DNA of 64,000 nt from a virus (taxonomy: Duplodnaviria > Heunggongvirae > Uroviricota > Caudoviricetes): positions 13,748 to 77,747 of IMG/VR virus record IMGVR_UViG_2574179769_000003. One strand, given 5' to 3'. The first letter of the stretch is position 1. Each line of letters opens with the position of its first letter. The notes beneath the pieces are model-generated. The model saw only the letters and a list, made by a program, of their open reading frames with translations, had not been told where the DNA came from and made no database searches. The position numbers and the translations under genes are program-made. This document shows, piece by piece, positions 59,800 through 64,000 of this stretch.

Positions 59800-61000
59800 T
59801 AGTATAGTCCTTTTACATGCTATAAGCTATTTATTTAACGTATAAAGGCTAAAATGATATTATAGTAGGTAAGCTAAGGTATATAGGTAATGTGGCTTAG
59901 AATGGAAATATTTGATTTATAGAGTATGTGAGTAGAGATATGATAATTGTAATAGTAGATATGCTAATGTAGTAATGTGGATATAGGATACACATAAAAA
60001 CATAGAGTGATGTAAGCTACATATACAGAAAATATTATAGCAATGTACCAATATAACATATTAATGTAATATATTAATGTAGTGCTCCAATATAGTATAT
60101 TAGTACTATGCTATAGTAATATTACAGTTATAGTAGATAGAGTTAGTGGGTTAGTTAGATGAATCTGGTTAATTGACTTGATATGGTTGATTGATATGGT
60201 TGGTTGGATTGGATATGTAGTGTAATTGACATAACTGTATTAATGTAATAGTACAGTAGTACAGTTGATAGTGTCAACTAATATAGTCGGTATATAGATA
60301 TAATTACTACTAAAAGTAGTTTTCGATACCGTTTCTAAGCTGATACCAATTAACAACCCTATCATCAACCAGACCAACTCACCAACTCAATAAATTGTAT
60401 TAAAATCAGTACAATACAATAAATAATACTGTACTACTATAAGTAGTATGGTATTTTATTTTAGATAACCCGGGGTATATCGAACTTTTCAAGCTATTTA
60501 AAACTGCTTAAAATCGCCTATCTACCCCATTTTTCTACCACACGATCACCCCAAATTTCACCGACCGATTAAAATTTACTATCCAACAACCATAAAAATC
60601 ACCCTATTTTAACTTTTTCAAAAAAATACAATTTTGCATCATATTTGTCCACAAACCTATCGGTAACTTATCGGTATAACTACCTTAAATACCCCTACTT
60701 TATTACCATAATCTTCGTATATTCTAACCATAACTATCCAACCATCTAATTAGCAATTTATTGTATTTTACAATTAATCATTAAATCACCTTTTCACTTT
60801 ATCCCTAAACATCCGTATTATCTCCGAAGAACAAAAAGTTGTATATTTTGATTTAAAACCGACCTTTAAAATACCTATTTCTATCCTTATTAATATATTG
60901 ACTTATTTGCGAAATTTTTCAGCATTATTAACAACATTAAAACCTAATTTACCGAATCGGTATATCCGAACCTGAAATAGTCAAATTTTAAATCCCAAAA
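59800..61000. other. 1.2 kb ORF-free region with extreme strand asymmetry (C-poor until ~60300, then G-poor), internal inverted and direct repeats and TATCGGTA/TACCGATA iteron-like motifs; candidate origin of replication or long non-coding locus
   Basis: No ORF >60 aa in any frame; left half is almost only A/G/T (TAG/GTA-rich), right half A/C/T; repeated words (GATATGGTTG x2, AGTACAGT x2 with inverted partner TACTGTACTACT at 60430, TATCGGTA x2-3, GATACCG x2). Confidence 0.4.
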
Positions 61001-61042
61001 AATCAAACTTGCAATTTTGATATATTTTTTTACTTTGCTAGT

Positions 61043-61071
61043 TGACATCAACTTATATTTAGTGTATAGTG
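61043..61071 (+). promoter_or_regulatory. sigma-70 promoter TTGACA-17-TATAGT inside a copy of the ACTTTGCTAGTTGACATCAACTT repeat (plus strand)
   Basis: TTGACA 61043..61048, TATAGT 61066..61071; an inverted partner of the repeat lies at 61131..61146. Confidence 0.6.
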
Positions 61072-61439
61072 ATTGTAGTAACGATAGCTGGATTGTTTTT
61101 CAGTCCAGTTTAAATTCAAATATATAATGTTACTTAGCAAAGTAGATATTAGCTTATTAAATCAATTTTAAGAAACGTTTTATTGATTTGTGACTATTTA
61201 TACCTATTCAATTAAATGTTTCTTAGAATTAAAATATAAGCCATATTTAGATATATGACTATTTTGGTGATGACATATATATTTGATATGAATAATTACT
61301 AAATCTAATCGAAAGGAGAAATATTATGAATACAGGTTAATCTATTACAATAATTCAATCTATCTTAATTTATGATATGGTTATCTACTGTCATCCTACT
61401 CAGTAATTAACAAGATAGCAGAAAATATAATACGTCCAA

Positions 61440-61600
61440 TCCCGAATCGAGTTTACGTCAGTAAACGACGATAAGGGTTGGCGAGCGCCGAGCACGTTAG
61501 TGCGAAGGTAAGACAAGTGAAGCGCAGCGAAACGATTCTCTTTCTGTTCTTTTTGAAAGGGTAAAAGCATTCTCTGTGCGCCCCCATATAACAATTTGTA
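61440..61600 (+). ncRNA. GC-rich structured element (candidate cis-regulatory RNA or small RNA) in the 5' leader of the rightward early operon
   Basis: ~50% GC island inside ~25% GC flanks; hairpins GTTTAC-GTCA-GTAAAC, GCGCAG...CTGTGCGC and GAGGC...GCCTC; lies between the 61043 promoter and the first gene, preceded by a 4-codon mini-ORF (ATGAATACAGGTTAA) with RBS. Confidence 0.35.
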
Positions 61601-61821
61601 TCTATTTCATTTATTTTAAGAGGCAAGGGTACGCCAGTAACCGCCTCGAATATCTCATTTATATTGAAAGTAACAAAAAGATTATATTTGTATATTTAAT
61701 TTGGCATTACATTTGAATAAAAAATATTTACTTTTTGCCAAGCGAGGTATAAAAAATATTAACCTTTTGTCTTAATTTAAGTATAAAAAATATTAACTTA
61801 TTGTCAAAAAGGAGGAAATCA

Positions 61822-62601
61822 ATAATAAAAGATCAAACAAAAAAAGATAATTTCATAATCATTCCCAAACATATTATTCAAGAAGGTGTCAAAAATAATA
61901 TTTACTTAATGACTTACATTTATCTTATGTATAGAAAAAATGGCAATGACGGTGTTGAATTTTCAAAAAAATCGTATTATTCGTTTATGGGAATAAAAAA
62001 GCCACAATTAAAAAAACAAGCTGATATTATTTTGGGTGATATATTAGAAAAATACAGCAATGCAATTATTAATATTGTTGATTTGAGTTTAAACGACTTA
62101 ATTAACATTAAGCTCAATGTTGTAGATAGTAAAAAAAAATTTAAGGAATTGCATCCTGAAAAAAATGTATTTAAATTTGCTAAAATATATTTTGACGAAA
62201 TAGATTTAATTATTGAGCAGGAAAAAAAATCTGAATTATCAGTATCAGCAAAAAAAATATTCCTATTCTTATCCTACCATCGCCTAAAGATGATTAAAAG
62301 AAATGGCGCCTTAGTAGAAACAGCTCCTGAAATTTCATATTTTCGTATAAATGATTTATCAGAACAGATAAATATAAGTATGCGAACTATATCACGTATG
62401 CTTAAAATCTTAAGCGATATTAAAATTATCAAGACTAATCAAACAAAAACATTAAAAATCCCAGACACCACTTTTTTTATCAAGGGGTATATCATCGTGG
62501 CGGATTACCATTCTCGGGATATTAAATACTCAGCAGAAGAAAATCTCAAATATGGTGTTGAGTATGTAAATAACAAACTGAACGAAAGGAGGAAATTATA
62601 G
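61822..62601 (+). CDS. putative replication initiation / replisome-organizer-like protein (HTH); probable ATA start
   Basis: ORF track begins at TTG 61801, but the RBS AAGGAGG (61809..61815) is followed 6 nt later by ATA ATA (61822); C-terminal HTH-like ISMRTISRMLKILSDIKIIK; position typical for a replication initiator. Confidence 0.4.
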   Translation: MIKDQTKKDNFIIIPKHIIQEGVKNNIYLMTYIYLMYRKNGNDGVEFSKKSYYSFMGIKKPQLKKQADIILGDILEKYSNAIINIVDLSLNDLINIKLNVVDSKKKFKELHPEKNVFKFAKIYFDEIDLIIEQEKKSELSVSAKKIFLFLSYHRLKMIKRNGALVETAPEISYFRINDLSEQINISMRTISRMLKILSDIKIIKTNQTKTLKIPDTTFFIKGYIIVADYHSRDIKYSAEENLKYGVEYVNNKLNERRKL

Positions 62602-62614
62602 TGCATAAAGATGA

Positions 62615-62975
62615 TGAGTTATTTTTGGATGGATTAATAGAATCTGTAAATAACAAGTCAAGATATAAGGATTTATCCTATAAATCTGTTAATACCGCAT
62701 GGAAATCGGACATATTTAAAGATGTTAAATTTTTAGCATTGGAAAATCAGATCGCATTAAATCAGCAGTTTAGAAAAATCTATACAATATTTAACAATTT
62801 AAGCAAGATGTCTGTTAGCGATATTCAAAAAGAATATTGTAAAAATAAGAGTTTCGCAAAATGTTATCCATTAGACGCAATCGAGGCTGATGCTAAATAT
62901 AAAGAATTATTTAAACAAATTATAGATGCTTTAAAAGATAAAAATAAGGAAATTAAACCAAAGGAGGAAAATTAA
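62615..62975 (+). CDS. hypothetical protein (GTG start after GGAGGA RBS)
   Basis: 124 aa ORF; GGAGGAAATTATAGTG start context. Confidence 0.45.
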
Positions 62976-62976
62976 A

Positions 62977-63816
62977 ATAGAATTACAAGTTTTTAAAAAT
63001 AATGAATTTGGCGAAGTGAGAAGTTTATTAATTAATGGAGAACCTTACTTTGTTGGAAAAGATGTATGTTTGGCATTTGGAGATACTAACCATAAAAGAT
63101 CTTTATCAAAAATTGATGAGAATGATAAAGATACATATAGGGTTGATACTTCTGGAGGCAAACAAAACATGGTTATTATTAACGAAAGTGGTTTGTATTC
63201 TTTATTATTTGCCATGCAACCTCAAAAAGCCAAGGGGGTGTCACAAAACGAACCCCTTATACAGCAGCGTATTGAAAAATTACGTGAATTTAAAAGATGG
63301 GTAACTCATGATGTTTTGCCTACTATTCGTAAAACTGGAGGCTATGCTAATAATGAAGAAATTTTTGTTGAGTCATATTTTCCTGAGATGGACGAAGCCT
63401 CAAAACAATTTATGGTCAATTCACTAGTTCAAATTAAAGAGAAAAATAAACTCATACAAAAGCAAAAAGAAGAAATTGCTTATAAGGAAGAAGTTATTAT
63501 CAATTTAGTTGACGATGTTTCGCTTGCTGAAAAACGTCAAGTTCTTAATCGTGTTGTTAGACATAATAAAGCTAATGCACAAAAACGATGGAATACTCTT
63601 TATCGTGAATTTGATAATAAATACCATATTAGAGTTTATAGCAGAATGGAAGCATACAATAAACACAACAAACCTAAATGCAAGAATAGAGTCGACTATA
63701 TTGATAAAGTAATGGGTAAATTGCCCGAGCTTTACGAAATCGCATGTAAACTCTATGAGAACGATGTTAAAGAACTGGTACAGGAAATGTATGAGCTTAA
63801 CAATATTAAAAATTAA
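62977..63816 (+). CDS. Bro-N-domain antirepressor; start must be the ATA at 62977
   Basis: Bro-N conserved N-terminus ELQVFKNNEFGEVRSLLINGEPYFVGKDV lies upstream of the first GTG/ATG (63016); the frame opens at 62935 and contains no ATG/GTG/TTG; AAGGAGGA RBS 8 nt before the ATA; WVTHDVLPTIRKTGGY motif downstream. Confidence 0.6.
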   Translation: MELQVFKNNEFGEVRSLLINGEPYFVGKDVCLAFGDTNHKRSLSKIDENDKDTYRVDTSGGKQNMVIINESGLYSLLFAMQPQKAKGVSQNEPLIQQRIEKLREFKRWVTHDVLPTIRKTGGYANNEEIFVESYFPEMDEASKQFMVNSLVQIKEKNKLIQKQKEEIAYKEEVIINLVDDVSLAEKRQVLNRVVRHNKANAQKRWNTLYREFDNKYHIRVYSRMEAYNKHNKPKCKNRVDYIDKVMGKLPELYEIACKLYENDVKELVQEMYELNNIKN

Positions 63817-63834
63817 ACTAAAGGAGGATAAGGA

Positions 63835-64000
63835 ATAGCCGTTTATTTAGATAACGCTGCTAAGAGTAAGCCTAAAAAAGAGGTCTTGGACGTTATCGTT
63901 AAATCATTACACGAAGACTGGTATAACCCCTCTTCTCTTTACCATCCTGCCCAGGAGGTAAAAAAGAAACTTGAAGATGCCAGGTCAGTGATTGCAAAAA
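63835..64000 (+). CDS. cysteine desulfurase (NifS/IscS family, class V aminotransferase), N-terminal part, continues beyond window; ATA start
   Basis: AVYLDNAAKSKPKKEVLDVIVKSLHEDWYNPSSLYHPAQEVKKKLEDARSVIAK matches the NifS/IscS N-terminus; the frame opens at 63832 with only ATA (63835) available, 6 nt after AAGGAGGA. Confidence 0.6.
   Translation, partial: MAVYLDNAAKSKPKKEVLDVIVKSLHEDWYNPSSLYHPAQEVKKKLEDARSVIAK

Noticed and set aside
59800-60300. Protein-coding potential in the C-depleted block
   Set aside because: Dense TAG/TAA/TGA stops in all six frames; no ORF >60 aa.
61440-61700. tmRNA (ssrA) gene suggested by GTAAACGACGATAAG resembling a tag-peptide reading frame
   Set aside because: No tRNA-like 3' domain (GGTTCGA...ACCA) or matching 5' acceptor strand within 400 nt; similarity limited to a few nucleotides.
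1-64000. Alternative genetic code (TGA = Trp, Mollicutes-like) to explain split genes
   Set aside because: Conserved Trp positions use TGG; the breaks I resolved by hand (pol, helicase, NadV, PncA, SPFH) are frameshifts rather than in-frame TGA codons.

Overview
This 64 kb window is AT-rich (~28% GC) and looks like the early/replication/accessory region of a phage or prophage from a low-GC Firmicutes-like host. Standard genetic code; TGG encodes Trp in conserved positions. From ~250 to ~58,000 almost every gene is on the minus strand. These include a replication module (RecD-like helicase, DnaE-type polymerase with PHP domain, RecB-like nuclease, DnaG-like primase, DnaB-like helicase, a Hint/LAGLIDADG homing endonuclease), an Rnl2-like RNA ligase, an NAD salvage/reconstitution island (NadE, HAD phosphatase, NADAR, NadV/Namat-like, Prs/Adps-like, PncA-like), a Thg1-like protein, a GHKL ATPase, a radical SAM enzyme followed by two paralogous unknown genes, two DNA methyltransferases, a sigma factor, an SPFH protein, at least eight Bro-N/KilA-N/Rha/AntA-type antirepressors, a tRNA cluster (one intact tRNA-Met(CAU) plus degenerate tRNA-like elements), a tyrosine recombinase, a LytTR response regulator, an ImmA-like metalloprotease (plus strand), a ClpN-AAA+ protein, a RadC-like JAB protein, three pentapeptide-repeat paralogs and many small hypothetical proteins. 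A divergent control region at 58.0-59.25 kb carries several consensus sigma-70 promoters, an inverted-repeat operator and a promoter-proximal terminator. It is followed by a 1.2 kb ORF-free region with a sharp GC-skew flip and iteron-like repeats (candidate origin), a GC-rich structured element, and rightward genes (HTH regulator, replication-organizer-like protein, Bro-N protein, start of a cysteine desulfurase) whose only plausible starts are ATA codons. At least seven genes are interrupted by frameshifts at A/T homopolymers. The two copies of a 0.5 kb direct repeat differ only in homopolymer lengths, so most of these breaks are probably sequencing artefacts; the split genes are reported here as single CDSs.
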